DNA of 64,000 nt from Bacillota bacterium (GTDB lineage: Bacteria; Bacillota; Clostridia; Lachnospirales; Lachnospiraceae). Below are positions 18,562 to 28,949 of this stretch, one piece after another. The position numbers and the translations under genes were made by a program. The stretch covers positions 31,934 to 95,933 of the forward strand of contig JAFAGA010000083.1 in the NCBI GenBank assembly GCA_023423045.1, given 5' to 3'. The notes below the pieces were generated by a model that was not told the origin of the DNA, did not search any database, and saw nothing but the letters and a program-made list of their open reading frames with translations. The first letter of the stretch is position 1; each line of letters opens with the position of its first letter.

Positions 18562-18985
18562 CCTGACCACCTCCAAATCGATCTGCCACATAGCATTCAT
18601 GACAACAATACTTCCTTCGGGAATTGCCATAGACCTTAAATTGCTTTTTACAGTGAGGACAGGTAAATTCATAAACAGCATTTCGCTTTACTTTATCTAG
18701 ATTGTTGTTCCACCATTCCATTCTGCACTTATCTGAGCAGAACTTTTTTTCCTTCCGTCCTTGCTTCTGTTCTACAGAAACACCGCATTGCTTGCAATAA
18801 TAAATGGCATCGGCTACTTGCACTAGCGTTTTTGGTATATCCGCTGTTGCCTTTCCTGTCAGATTGTTTCTTCTACAAAAAGACTTTACTGTATTCTCTG
18901 AAATACCAAGCACTTGAGCAACCTTGATATATCCATACCCTTCAGCACGTAATTTTGCAATTTGTAATTTCTGTTCTTTCGTCAT
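18554..18985 (-). CDS. HTH (sigma-70 region 4-like) plus Cys-rich zinc-finger protein
   Basis: LRAEGYGYIKVAQVLGISENTVKSFCRR, CKQCG, FCSDKCR, CPHC, YCCHEC. Confidence 0.8.
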   Translation of the reverse strand: MTKEQKLQIAKLRAEGYGYIKVAQVLGISENTVKSFCRRNNLTGKATADIPKTLVQVADAIYYCKQCGVSVEQKQGRKEKKFCSDKCRMEWWNNNLDKVKRNAVYEFTCPHCKKQFKVYGNSRRKYCCHECYVADRFGGGQDE

Positions 18986-19021
18986 TGAAATTGCACCTCC
19001 AATCGTTGAGGAATTACCCCT

Positions 19022-19058
19022 CTAACTTCCTAAGGACAGAAATCATCGATTTGGACGG
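19022..19058 (-). promoter_or_regulatory. 37-bp phage regulatory repeat CCGTCCA-N10-TTCTGTCCTTAGRAAGWTAG (copy 1 of 4)
   Basis: Matching copies of identical length at 50712-50748 (-), 50818-50854 (+) and 50889-50925 (+). Confidence 0.75.
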
Positions 19059-19171
19059 ATATTTTATATAAAGATTTAGCAAAGCAAGTAAATGACGAAC
19101 ATTGGCATCTGAATATTGATAGTTGGTAAAAGAAGTTATATAATTTATGGAAAAGACAAAGGAGTCAAAGA

Positions 19172-19915
19172 ATGCGTAAGAGAAACTGTCTGTTTTGTTG
19201 TTCAGGTGATAATGAATTGAGTAAAGAACACGTAATTGCTCAATGGCTACTTAACGAAGTTGGAATATATGACAACATTTTAAAAATGTACCATATAAAC
19301 ACATACGGTATGCTGAAATCCGAAAGAATGCAAGTATTTAATAAACTTGTAAATGGATTGGTTTGTGAAAAATGTAATAATGGTTGGATGTCAAATTTGG
19401 AAGGTGAAAACAAGGAAACTATAATTAGCTTTATGAACCTAGATAGTTTAGACCAAATTCACCATGCAATCGAATTTATTAGTAAAAACCATATGATGTT
19501 GGCAAAATGGATTTTTAAAAATGCAATTCTTTTTAATTATACGGTGAATTATAGAAAAATTGTTCCGCGTAAGCATTTTATAAATTTATATAATGGAATA
19601 TTACCAGATGATGTATTTATAGATATTGGTTTTGTTAAAGAATATGAAAATGATTTCAACTGGTCAATGGGACAAAACATATTTGCCATCAGACCTCAAA
19701 ATATTGAAGACTATGATTTTAGTCAAAATTACAAAATTTCATTTCAATTTAGGCATTTATTAGTTAAGGTAATAAGGTATCGCAGCTATCATAATCTTTA
19801 TTATAAAAACGAAGGCGCTATATCCTTATATCCGCATTTTGGATTAAAAGAGGATTTTAAGTATTTCAATGACTTGGTTGAATTTGATGCACATGGTGCT
19901 ATACAAGTATATTAG
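19172..19915 (+). CDS. HNH-like endonuclease domain moron
   Basis: CLFC...SKEHVI...VCEKCNN. Very AT-rich, opposite strand to the phage genes, own TATAAT near 19138 and own terminator. Confidence 0.7.
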   Translation: MRKRNCLFCCSGDNELSKEHVIAQWLLNEVGIYDNILKMYHINTYGMLKSERMQVFNKLVNGLVCEKCNNGWMSNLEGENKETIISFMNLDSLDQIHHAIEFISKNHMMLAKWIFKNAILFNYTVNYRKIVPRKHFINLYNGILPDDVFIDIGFVKEYENDFNWSMGQNIFAIRPQNIEDYDFSQNYKISFQFRHLLVKVIRYRSYHNLYYKNEGAISLYPHFGLKEDFKYFNDLVEFDAHGAIQVY

Positions 19916-19921
19916 ATTTAT

Positions 19922-19956
19922 AAACTACCAGCTATCAGTATTTCTGGTAGTTTTTT
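19922..19956 (+). terminator. Intrinsic terminator of the moron
   Basis: AAACTACCAG...CTGGTAGTTTTTT. Confidence 0.75.
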
Positions 19957-20062
19957 ATAGTACTAAAAATATAATTTGGTATGAAAAGATATTTTAAAAA
20001 GAACTCATCACAAAAAAATAGCCGCCAAGTGAAATTAATCACCGAGCGGCTTTAACAGTTAA

Positions 20063-20776
20063 TTATTCTTTTTTGATAAATGCATCGGTAAATCCGGCTG
20101 CCTTAACCTTGGAAAGTACGGCTTCAGCATTAGATTTTGAAGCAAATGCACCTACCTGTACCCTATAATATTTCTTATTTTCTTTCTCTTCTTCTGCCTG
20201 CAGTCCCTCTTTTACTGCATTTCTAAAGGAGTCCATGGTTTCACCATGCCTTGGAAACCAGTGCATTACATCTGCATGGTTACTGGATATACCAAGTTTA
20301 TAGCCTTCACTGTGACAGATGATATTGTTTTCATTTAGACCATACAACTTGCAAAGATACACGCAAAGTTCAACAGCTTCATTAAATACCTTACTGAAGT
20401 ATGACCTATCGGTTAAGTTATCCTCACATATCTCAAAACTGATATGTGTGTCATTGGCAGAGCCTTTCCATCCACTACTACAATGCCACCCGCGGTGGTT
20501 CCAAGGCAATGTTTGGTAGGTAGCTATCGAACCATCCGCCAACTTGCCAATAAAGGCATGAACGCATACCTGCTTTCCACCTGGCTTATCTTGGTTCCAG
20601 TGGTTATTGTATTGGCTCTTACCGAGGAGTCCGTCATCAGGGCCAACATAACGTTTCAGCCATGAATTACTAGCACCAGTGGAATGTACCATAATTCCTT
20701 TGGGTGTTATGGTTTTGGCTGCTTTGTAACAGGCATTTTTCGTAAATATCAATTTATACAAATTCAATATTATCAC
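20063..20776 (-). CDS. Endolysin, Amidase_2 + SPOR domain
   Basis: IMVHSTGA, VCVHAFIG, SFEICED, CHSEG; C-terminal YYRVQVGAFASKSNA. Confidence 0.92.
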   Translation of the reverse strand: MIILNLYKLIFTKNACYKAAKTITPKGIMVHSTGASNSWLKRYVGPDDGLLGKSQYNNHWNQDKPGGKQVCVHAFIGKLADGSIATYQTLPWNHRGWHCSSGWKGSANDTHISFEICEDNLTDRSYFSKVFNEAVELCVYLCKLYGLNENNIICHSEGYKLGISSNHADVMHWFPRHGETMDSFRNAVKEGLQAEEEKENKKYYRVQVGAFASKSNAEAVLSKVKAAGFTDAFIKKE

Positions 20777-20785
20777 CTCATATTT

Positions 20786-22297
20786 TTAATTGGCTGGTAG
20801 GGTTGATGGGTACAGATGATAAGTAAATTTCAAATCGCAATAAGCACTAGCCGAAGTACCATCACTTCCCATACTGATATACAGCCCATAACCGGAAGGT
20901 ACTCGGCCCTGACGCATTTGAATATCAGTATGCAACCCTGCATTTGAACTTTCAGCACCGATAGGTGTGCTGCGTGATATTCTGGTAAAGTTCACTTCAT
21001 CGTTTGAGATATATAGGTCTAGTTCTTTTTCACTTGTATCCGATTGACGGCAAAGAGTAACTAAATGACAATCATAAGCCGTCGGATAAAGCAATCCGCC
21101 CTGTCCTCCTATAATCACGCTACCAATAGGTAATAATGTTTGTAAAGGTCCTCGAACACTATTAATACCGCCTGCTCCGGTAGTATTACCGCTAAGGACA
21201 TATCTTAAATAGCTTGCTCTGGTGAATGCATTGATCGTAGCTGTTGCGGTAGAGGTAAGCGTCAATGTTGACGTCGCATTTTCTGCTCTTTCCAATAAGA
21301 ATAGACTCTCACCGGAAGGAATGGTTATATCACCGATGGAGAAAATCCGACTCGTCCAATAAGCTGCACAAGCCGGATTTGGTGATGTTCCTGATCCATA
21401 AACAATATTCGCTACATCTTGGATGCCCCTTATAGCTTCTGCAAGTTTCTTTACTGTATTGCGAAGGGTGCCTTGGTTTAGTACCTGTACATTGTTTGTA
21501 GCAGGACTACCCAAAGACGTAACAAAGGTATATGTTACCGTGCCGATTACTACGTTGTTTCCGCTATTTATACTCGTAAAAGTGATAGCCCCTCTTCGGC
21601 TAATTAAATCCGGTGCAGTAGCAGTTTCTATCGGATGCAAATGGTTCAGAATAATACCAGTCCGAGTATATAGTGTGTCACGCATTTCTTCAATTAGACC
21701 GTGCGTAGTGTTAAGCAAATTATAGTTATCATTTAAAAGACCGTGTGTGGTATTTAATACTGTATAGTTATCCTCTAATAAACCATGCGTCGTGTTCAAA
21801 ATAACATAGGTATCATTTAAAAGATCATGTGTGGTGTTTAGTAAATCATAATTGTTATTTAGCAAGTTATAAATTAGATTGAGTAAACTATTTATTTCAA
21901 CAACATCTAATTCAGCTAATGCTGATAGCACTTGATTCAGCCACTCCTGTGCAGGAGGTTCTGGTGGCTCGACAATTCCATCTAAAAGGGCATCCTCAAC
22001 TATGGTTAATATTCGAACGCTTTTTCCAACCACATCACCGTAAGTAACCCTTATTTCCAACCGTCCAACACCGACAAGCAGTGTATCTGTAGCACTAGGC
22101 GACCATGTAAGAACCCCATCCATGTAGTTCGTTACAACCGGATAGGCAACTCCATCAGGCCTACTATAAATCGCATTTAAGGATGCTCCAGGGTATCTAT
22201 CTTCCAATAAGCTAGATACATCAAATTCAATATTTCTATAGTGGTGCTCACCGCGCCGACCAATGAACACCGTTGCTACTTTCGTTAAATCAATCAT
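20786..22297 (-). CDS. Phage protein with BppU-like N-terminus and a 14-aa repeat coiled stalk
   Basis: N-terminus resembles baseplate upper proteins. Four LNTTH(G/D)L units with 14-residue period. Confidence 0.6.
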   Translation of the reverse strand: MIDLTKVATVFIGRRGEHHYRNIEFDVSSLLEDRYPGASLNAIYSRPDGVAYPVVTNYMDGVLTWSPSATDTLLVGVGRLEIRVTYGDVVGKSVRILTIVEDALLDGIVEPPEPPAQEWLNQVLSALAELDVVEINSLLNLIYNLLNNNYDLLNTTHDLLNDTYVILNTTHGLLEDNYTVLNTTHGLLNDNYNLLNTTHGLIEEMRDTLYTRTGIILNHLHPIETATAPDLISRRGAITFTSINSGNNVVIGTVTYTFVTSLGSPATNNVQVLNQGTLRNTVKKLAEAIRGIQDVANIVYGSGTSPNPACAAYWTSRIFSIGDITIPSGESLFLLERAENATSTLTLTSTATATINAFTRASYLRYVLSGNTTGAGGINSVRGPLQTLLPIGSVIIGGQGGLLYPTAYDCHLVTLCRQSDTSEKELDLYISNDEVNFTRISRSTPIGAESSNAGLHTDIQMRQGRVPSGYGLYISMGSDGTSASAYCDLKFTYHLYPSTLPAN

Positions 22298-22734
22298 TAT
22301 TTATCCTCCCGCGAACCGTCCTCTTCTCGGTTATGCAGTTGTTTTAGTACATCCTTAAGTTTTTCTGGGATAGGTAATCCGATGTGAGTTGCATTTTCGA
22401 GGATAGAAATTCCTTCATTACTTAGGTAAAAGAAAATCACTGCTGTACGCAGAACATTTACTTCTGCATTACCTACAACCCCTAAAACATTTGTATCGAG
22501 CACATGCGCCACACCTACCAATACAAAAATAAGCACCTTTTTAAAGATGCCTTTTGCTCCAATTCTACTACACAAGCTTTTATCAATGATTGCACATAAC
22601 ACGCCCGTTATATAATCAATCGCAACAAAGGTGATGAGCGCATAGAGAAAGCCATCAAAGCCACCGAGAAACCAACCAACAAACCCTCCAGCAACTGTCA
22701 ATGCGGCTTGTATCTTGTTCCATATCTCTTTCAT
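22297..22734 (-). CDS. Holin (Phage_holin_4_1-like)
   Basis: GWFLGGFDG, DYITGV, KGIFKKV, FYLSNEGISILEN...GLPIP. Confidence 0.92.
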   Translation of the reverse strand: MKEIWNKIQAALTVAGGFVGWFLGGFDGFLYALITFVAIDYITGVLCAIIDKSLCSRIGAKGIFKKVLIFVLVGVAHVLDTNVLGVVGNAEVNVLRTAVIFFYLSNEGISILENATHIGLPIPEKLKDVLKQLHNREEDGSREDK

Positions 22735-22800
22735 TCTCTAATCCTCCAATCATATTTTTGCATACAAAAAGCGCCCCTGGTTATCAAGAGCGCTATAACA

Positions 22801-25269
22801 TTATAGTATCAGTATCAATTCTTGTAGCTGTGTCATTACATCTGCCTTTGGTCTTCCTATACCAAAAGGTATCCATTCTACTGGTGGTATGTCAAAAGTA
22901 GATGCATCATCAAATCCATTAATTTTAGTGATAACCGGTTCAAGTGCAGCGCGAAGCTCTTCTATGTGTTGTGGCCACCTTTCTATTGTGGTTTTTGAAG
23001 AAATGATTTCTTCTCCCCATACAATCGGAGGCAGACAGTGGAATTCACGAATGGTATTAACAGCCGTACGAAGAGCATTAATATGCATAGCCTTAACAGA
23101 GGTTACATTTGCAGTAATTGTCTCAAAAGGTGATGGCTGAATATTGAATGTTTTTACAATCTCTGCACTTGATGTCATTAAGTCACTATCCAAGCATCGG
23201 ATTGTCACTGTATGGTTTCCATAAGATAATGTTTCTGCTTGAAATACGGTTTTTGTGTTATCTCCGAGATAGCCATTAGTAGAGAACATCTCAGGATTAT
23301 TAACACTGCTATACCACGCACCCGAGTTAAGTCTTACTTCAACAATCTGCGTCTGACCATCCGGCTCTATACCCGTTGTGATCATAAATCGTGGTGTTCT
23401 ATTGAATGTTGTTCTGCCAGATATTGGGCATTCGATTTTAGGTGCTGTGGGAGGACTGTTTTTCCTAACTATATTACTAGTTACATAAGCAGAAACTGCA
23501 TCGAGTGTATCTGTAACACTGATACGATATCTTGTTGATGTACCAGGCAAATTTGATGCTTCCGCTACGTAAGTACCAGATGTTTCACTAGATGCAATCG
23601 TTGCCAATGTTTCGTATGATGACCATGGTGGATTACCCATAAATGAAGTACTGCGTTGAATTACATAATGTTTGATTGGACTGGTACCAGGTAGCGTTCC
23701 ACTCCAATTTATTGCTACAGTTGGAGTTTCATATAAAGTCGGCGAAACCGTTAAGATCGAAGGCGGTGTTGGTAGAATATTTTTACGAACACTGTTTGCT
23801 GAGGTCTTCCAATTAGAATAATAATTACTACCTGCTGTTCCTAGTGTGCGAATTCTGAACCTTCGATAATACCCACGTGTTGATGGAGGAGACGCGCTCG
23901 TTGATCCACTATTTCCAGCGGTCATAACTGTTTTAAGTGGACTCCACACACCCCAAGTACTATCATCACTAGAATCGCTGTACTCCAGCTCATAACCTAT
24001 AATTGCATTGCCAGCTCCCGCAGTAGCCCCATTCCAAGAAAGCGTAATACTTCCTTCAGCTACAGTGGTACTTAAAGAAAATACGGTCGGTTCACCACAA
24101 GCTGTAATATTGCAGTAAATACTGTTACTGATTTTCTCTGTTGAAATAGCCCCGAGAACATCAACGGTTCTAATGCGAAACTGCGTATAGGTTCCTGAAA
24201 CATTAGTTACTACGGGATTATAACTACCACTACTGGCATTAAGATTAAGTGTTATGAGTCCATCCCATTCACTCCATGTATTGTTATCAGTGGATGTTCG
24301 GCTTGAAATCTGATAGCCTTTAATTGCACTTGTTCCTCCTGCTGCTCCAGACCATGTTAGTGTTATAGTCTCATTGCTGTGAATTTCCGGTGAGGCTATT
24401 GCTGTTGTAGGAGCAGATGGCAGCGTATTCTTCCTAACAGTATTTGATGAGACCTTCCACCCCGAGTAATAGGAACTACCTGCAGTACCACGTGTACGGA
24501 TACGAAATCTTCTAAAGTTTCCTCTGATAGATGGAGGAGAAACTGACAAACTTCCACTAGTAGCAGTAGAATTTAAAATAGTAAGCGCTGTCCAACTCCC
24601 CCATGTAGAGTTATTTGTCGAATCACTGTACTGAATTTCATAGGCTGATATATCATTATTTGCTCCAGACTTTGCACCGCTCCAGGATAGGGTTACATTA
24701 CCCTCTGCCAGTGTACTACTAAGTGAACAAGACGTTGCTGCACTAGCTGCAGTCGTACGGCTTTCCCAGTTAATTGTTAGTACAATCTTTGTAAGGTCAT
24801 TTCTTCCCTTAAATGACATGTAGTGAGTTGTGCTAGACCCTGCATCAATAAAAAGGCAATTACTAGCTCCACTTCCTATGGAATCAATTAATGCCGTTGA
24901 AATATTTATAATTTTATCACCCTGCCCTGCAGAGATATCATAATTGTAGGCAGAACTTACTTTGGTTGGACGGGGAGCATTTATATTGGTTGAAGAGCTC
25001 AAAGACGGGATACCAGTTTGGTTCCCAGCATAAAGCGTCATCGTGCGCTCGCTACCCCAGGCACCAGCTCCTGTTCGTGTAAGTGCAAGGGACGCACTTG
25101 TCGGGTAATAGTCCTGGTATTGATTTCGTATAGATGTCAGATTAAATATCATAACACCGACGCATTGACCTAAATCTTCAAATACCCCTTGCCTTATATC
25201 TTGCGTAGTGCCTGGAATATATCTCCCATCACGCCAAGTACATGCATTTGTAGCTTGGTAATTTGCCAT
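22801..25269 (-). CDS. Tail fibre/structural protein with repeated FN3-like domains
   Basis: Ser/Thr-rich, with a duplicated unit (TLSW.GA..GA.N.I..YE..YSDS...W..W...SPPS.RG..RRFRIRT.GTAGS.YYS.WK). Confidence 0.7.
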   Translation of the reverse strand: MANYQATNACTWRDGRYIPGTTQDIRQGVFEDLGQCVGVMIFNLTSIRNQYQDYYPTSASLALTRTGAGAWGSERTMTLYAGNQTGIPSLSSSTNINAPRPTKVSSAYNYDISAGQGDKIINISTALIDSIGSGASNCLFIDAGSSTTHYMSFKGRNDLTKIVLTINWESRTTAASAATSCSLSSTLAEGNVTLSWSGAKSGANNDISAYEIQYSDSTNNSTWGSWTALTILNSTATSGSLSVSPPSIRGNFRRFRIRTRGTAGSSYYSGWKVSSNTVRKNTLPSAPTTAIASPEIHSNETITLTWSGAAGGTSAIKGYQISSRTSTDNNTWSEWDGLITLNLNASSGSYNPVVTNVSGTYTQFRIRTVDVLGAISTEKISNSIYCNITACGEPTVFSLSTTVAEGSITLSWNGATAGAGNAIIGYELEYSDSSDDSTWGVWSPLKTVMTAGNSGSTSASPPSTRGYYRRFRIRTLGTAGSNYYSNWKTSANSVRKNILPTPPSILTVSPTLYETPTVAINWSGTLPGTSPIKHYVIQRSTSFMGNPPWSSYETLATIASSETSGTYVAEASNLPGTSTRYRISVTDTLDAVSAYVTSNIVRKNSPPTAPKIECPISGRTTFNRTPRFMITTGIEPDGQTQIVEVRLNSGAWYSSVNNPEMFSTNGYLGDNTKTVFQAETLSYGNHTVTIRCLDSDLMTSSAEIVKTFNIQPSPFETITANVTSVKAMHINALRTAVNTIREFHCLPPIVWGEEIISSKTTIERWPQHIEELRAALEPVITKINGFDDASTFDIPPVEWIPFGIGRPKADVMTQLQELILIL

Positions 25270-25280
25270 TCTTACTCACC

Positions 25281-25784
25281 TCATTCATACACTGCTGTAA
25301 CTAGAGAATTCACTGTTCCGCATAGAATAGAATTTAATCTCGTATCTGTGATATTTCCTATAGTTATAGACGTAGCTGCCTGCGGAACTAATATCTCTGC
25401 TAGGCACAATTCATAGACATCCGAGTTTCGTGTTAAGGCAGGAGCACTTGGTGAGGCAGTTGCTGTTCCCGTTAGAACTGTAATAATGATATTCCTTTCA
25501 AGAAAGCTCCATCGCATAACAATTCGATCAATCCTAGGGAATGAACCATTTGCAGTTTCTAGTGTCTTGCTAAGCACTGCAGTATTCTCATAATGATATC
25601 CGTTAATCCAACCACTTCCAACTGCTATATTTACTGCCATTCCTGAACCTGGAGTCACTTGCAGATTTGTAGTATCCTTATAAAATATGCCATTCGAAAC
25701 TAAGCTGCCAAAATAGGTAGCAAAATCAGTGGCATCGTAAATCCGGTCACCGTTGGAAGAGTTGAAAAATCCACTCTTTTCCAA
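25281..25784 (-). CDS. Phage baseplate/structural protein
   Basis: SGFFNS.NGDRIY.A.DFA.YF...PRIDRIV...ELCLAEI...ITDTRL...CG.V, typical of siphophage post-Tal proteins. Confidence 0.75.
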   Translation of the reverse strand: MEKSGFFNSSNGDRIYDATDFATYFGSLVSNGIFYKDTTNLQVTPGSGMAVNIAVGSGWINGYHYENTAVLSKTLETANGSFPRIDRIVMRWSFLERNIIITVLTGTATASPSAPALTRNSDVYELCLAEILVPQAATSITIGNITDTRLNSILCGTVNSLVTAVYE

Positions 25785-25816
25785 AACAACACCCTCCTTC
25801 TTTTATATATTTTAAA

Positions 25817-28081
25817 TTAGCTGGGGTCAGCCAAAAAGCATACGCTAAACGGAAGCCACTCATTACCTGTGATGTTCGAAGCATACTCGTTAGTGCCATA
25901 ACGTGCTGCAGTACATTGTCCGTTTTCACCTACTACAAACAGCCACTTATTCGTACTTGAGCCTTGACATAAGGTACGAAAATCATAATTTGGCCTGAAC
26001 CCTACTGGCAATGTGAACATACTCGTCGCTGAAGCCGAGTTTATGGTAGCACCAGTAGGCGGAGAACATGCACCAAATAAATGCACCACCCGTCCAACTC
26101 TTCGGTATCTAGGCCGCTGTGCTGTTCCTCCTATATAAGCTGTAAAATCATTCTGAAATTCTGCATCCTGTACAAACTGCCACCCAGTATCTCCACCATA
26201 AATAATACCTGTGGTAGCGTCTCCATTAACACAAACGGGACCTCCCTCTAGATTTAAATACATGGGCGATGACAATCCGTTATTTCGTGTCATAATCTCA
26301 TTACCGTCAAAGACCATATTTACTCCACCAGATACACCGATCTGTAACGGATTATCGGACGACGTAAGACTTATATCTCGATTCGGTAACTGTATCGAAT
26401 TAAACTCACCTTTCTCGCTATAAGTAGATGTTCTTACAACTCCATTATCAATAGCTGTTACCGTAAAATTCTCACCTTCATAAGTGAATGTACTTGATAC
26501 AATAGGCAGGTTAGCCACAAGAAGTAGGTCTCCATTTCTGGGGTCAGCTAAAAGATTTCCTGATTCAGTGAGTGCATATAATCCATTTACATATGCCGTG
26601 CCATAGTCTGATAACCAAACATAGATATCCCATATTGTTTTAGTAGAACTTGCGGACTTAACTACTTTGATATCAGTCGGTAAAAATGGACTTTTATCTC
26701 TTGTATAAGCTTGCACAAAGGATTGAATGGATATGGTCGAGAAAGATGATGTAGAATAAACATATCCTTCAATGGTACCCATTTTGGGAGTTGTTCCAGT
26801 ACCAATATAATCGAACTTAAAGGCAATACGATTAAATGAACCATTAATGACAACCCTTGCAACATGGTAGTATTTTCCCAGCGTTGGGTCATTACCTCCT
26901 GCTGTTGATGTATTTGCAGCAAGTCTAGCAGAACTAATCATGACACCACCTGAGAATTTTTGAAGATCAGTCCACTCATTTGATGCACCGAGCATTTCAG
27001 TAAGGCCTGTCGGAGCTCCAAGAGATGTTCGTACTTGGCTAAATTCAGATTTAAGTTTTTGTGCAATTGTAAGCTCAGCCTTTCCAAAGGTTACATTAAT
27101 ACTCTGTCCTTCTGCATCATAGCTTTCTTCCACTTCTTCGATACGGGCTGTCATCGTAACTCCCCACTTTTTTGAAATAACCTGTACAACCTGACCGAGA
27201 TCATAATCCGTCTTATAGGTTAAGTTACTGTGGTTATTGACAATCACATCAAAGGAATTAGACATGGAAAACTCTGAGAGCCTTGTCAGACCACGAAGGA
27301 TTAATGCCTCATCATAGTCCGTTGGAAAATCTGCAACACGAAGATCCTTCGCATCTACAAATACTTCTCTTCGTTCTTCCCCAGCGCCGTTATAGATATA
27401 CTCAAAAATACGACCATTCTCACCTTCTCCTTCTCCTCCAATCTTAGCTGTATTGGCATAAGTTGCTGTGTTTTTTGTTAATGTTTGATCCAGTAAGTTA
27501 TCATATTCCTTTGAAAACACAGCTTGAGATGATGTTCCCATATACAAGGTGACCGTTAAGTGACCAGACTCTGGTGAAAAGATAGTTTTGATTCCAACGG
27601 ATGTTGCTGTGCATAGTTCCTGTATTTTATCTAAAAGGTTGGTATACGACACTTGCTGTTTCACTGGAATATCTAGATTAGGTGACGAAAAACTAATATC
27701 TGTTATTTGCCTATCAGGATCAGATGGTGATATGACATTGTTGTTTATTAATTGTCCTATACAAGCTGATAAGTCACCATTCAGCCTCTCCGTATTCCAG
27801 ATAATTCTTCGTCCTAACAGTATTGTCGCAAACCTTCCACTAACTATAATGATCTCGCTATCTGTTTGAGATAGTTGTTGAAACTCGATTAATCCAATTT
27901 CCTCATCATCGTTCTTCCAGATATAATTTCCCACCTGAAGTAATGCTGCATTTTCAGTGGATGCATTGGCCTTTAATTCAAACGACCCGCACTGGGAGTA
28001 ACGTCTAGTCCATCGTAGGTATTCAAATGACTCTACAATTCCGATTAAGGCTCGATGTTGATTAAATACGTATAACTCCAT
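25817..28081 (-). CDS. ReqiPepy6 Gp37-like tail protein (Tal position) with C-terminal extension
   Basis: SFEYLRWTRRYSQCGSFEL...RREVFVDAKD...DYDLGQVV; follows Dit. Confidence 0.82.
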   Translation of the reverse strand: MELYVFNQHRALIGIVESFEYLRWTRRYSQCGSFELKANASTENAALLQVGNYIWKNDDEEIGLIEFQQLSQTDSEIIIVSGRFATILLGRRIIWNTERLNGDLSACIGQLINNNVISPSDPDRQITDISFSSPNLDIPVKQQVSYTNLLDKIQELCTATSVGIKTIFSPESGHLTVTLYMGTSSQAVFSKEYDNLLDQTLTKNTATYANTAKIGGEGEGENGRIFEYIYNGAGEERREVFVDAKDLRVADFPTDYDEALILRGLTRLSEFSMSNSFDVIVNNHSNLTYKTDYDLGQVVQVISKKWGVTMTARIEEVEESYDAEGQSINVTFGKAELTIAQKLKSEFSQVRTSLGAPTGLTEMLGASNEWTDLQKFSGGVMISSARLAANTSTAGGNDPTLGKYYHVARVVINGSFNRIAFKFDYIGTGTTPKMGTIEGYVYSTSSFSTISIQSFVQAYTRDKSPFLPTDIKVVKSASSTKTIWDIYVWLSDYGTAYVNGLYALTESGNLLADPRNGDLLLVANLPIVSSTFTYEGENFTVTAIDNGVVRTSTYSEKGEFNSIQLPNRDISLTSSDNPLQIGVSGGVNMVFDGNEIMTRNNGLSSPMYLNLEGGPVCVNGDATTGIIYGGDTGWQFVQDAEFQNDFTAYIGGTAQRPRYRRVGRVVHLFGACSPPTGATINSASATSMFTLPVGFRPNYDFRTLCQGSSTNKWLFVVGENGQCTAARYGTNEYASNITGNEWLPFSVCFLADPS

Positions 28082-28084
28082 ATG

Positions 28085-28942
28085 CTACACCCCCAAAAAC
28101 TGTGGACGGAAATTTATGATAACATCCAATAATTCCAAGTTCGCCGATGCATCATAGCGAAGATTATTCATGCCGGGTTCTAACTGAAAGAAATTAGAGG
28201 ATGTATCTAATAAATAAAAGGCGTTGCTTTCTGTACCATTTATGATGCTTATTACTCTTTTTTCAGCAAAGTGAGTGTATATATGATATTCATCCCCATT
28301 ATTCATTGTTGTAAGAATTCTTATATACTCACCAGTATCCATAAGTAGAAGCTCTGGATTAGTAACTGGCCCTAATGCTCTAAATATAACTTCACAACCA
28401 CAAGGTACATCTCCGAAATTATCCACTGCAATGATCTGACTTGGCTGTCTCATCCCAAACTCGATGCCTTCCTCCGGTATCTCTAATTCAAACTCTAGCA
28501 AAGGCTCCCAAGAAGCAAGGTCATGCCATACATCATCCAAGGTTTCAAAGAACGGGTTTGGACAAAGAAGGCTTATAAAGAAATTTGGTATTCTCTGTCT
28601 TGAAGAAACTGATAAAACAGCCTCCTCAACAACGCATGAGATTTGTCTTTCACGGTATCTTATTACTCCCGACTTCTTAGGACTGAATAATCTTAGGAAG
28701 CTTTTACGCAACTCATATGCTTCATCCGGTGTATTTGCTATAATTGTGCCCTCTAATATAATGTTTCGCATATCCATCGTAGATGACACATAAAAAGCAC
28801 CATCCTGTTCCGGTGCCTTGAAAGTGTTAACAGTCTGGCGTATGTTTCCTGTACCATCTATCTTGCTAATGAAAAATGGACGGCTTTGATTAAGACTGAT
28901 ACTTTCGCCACTTGAGTTGATATAGGTAACTTCCATAGCCAT
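28085..28942 (-). CDS. Distal tail protein (Dit)
   Basis: Position after the tape measure; QDGA, RNIILEG, LLCPNPFF, FFQLEPG.NNLRY. Confidence 0.85.
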   Translation of the reverse strand: MAMEVTYINSSGESISLNQSRPFFISKIDGTGNIRQTVNTFKAPEQDGAFYVSSTMDMRNIILEGTIIANTPDEAYELRKSFLRLFSPKKSGVIRYRERQISCVVEEAVLSVSSRQRIPNFFISLLCPNPFFETLDDVWHDLASWEPLLEFELEIPEEGIEFGMRQPSQIIAVDNFGDVPCGCEVIFRALGPVTNPELLLMDTGEYIRILTTMNNGDEYHIYTHFAEKRVISIINGTESNAFYLLDTSSNFFQLEPGMNNLRYDASANLELLDVIINFRPQFLGV

Positions 28943-28949
28943 CCCTCCC

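Noticed and set aside
22801..28081. Diversity-generating retroelement target in the tail genes
   Set aside because: No reverse transcriptase and no TR/VR pair with adenine-specific mismatches seen. The repeats are old domain duplications.
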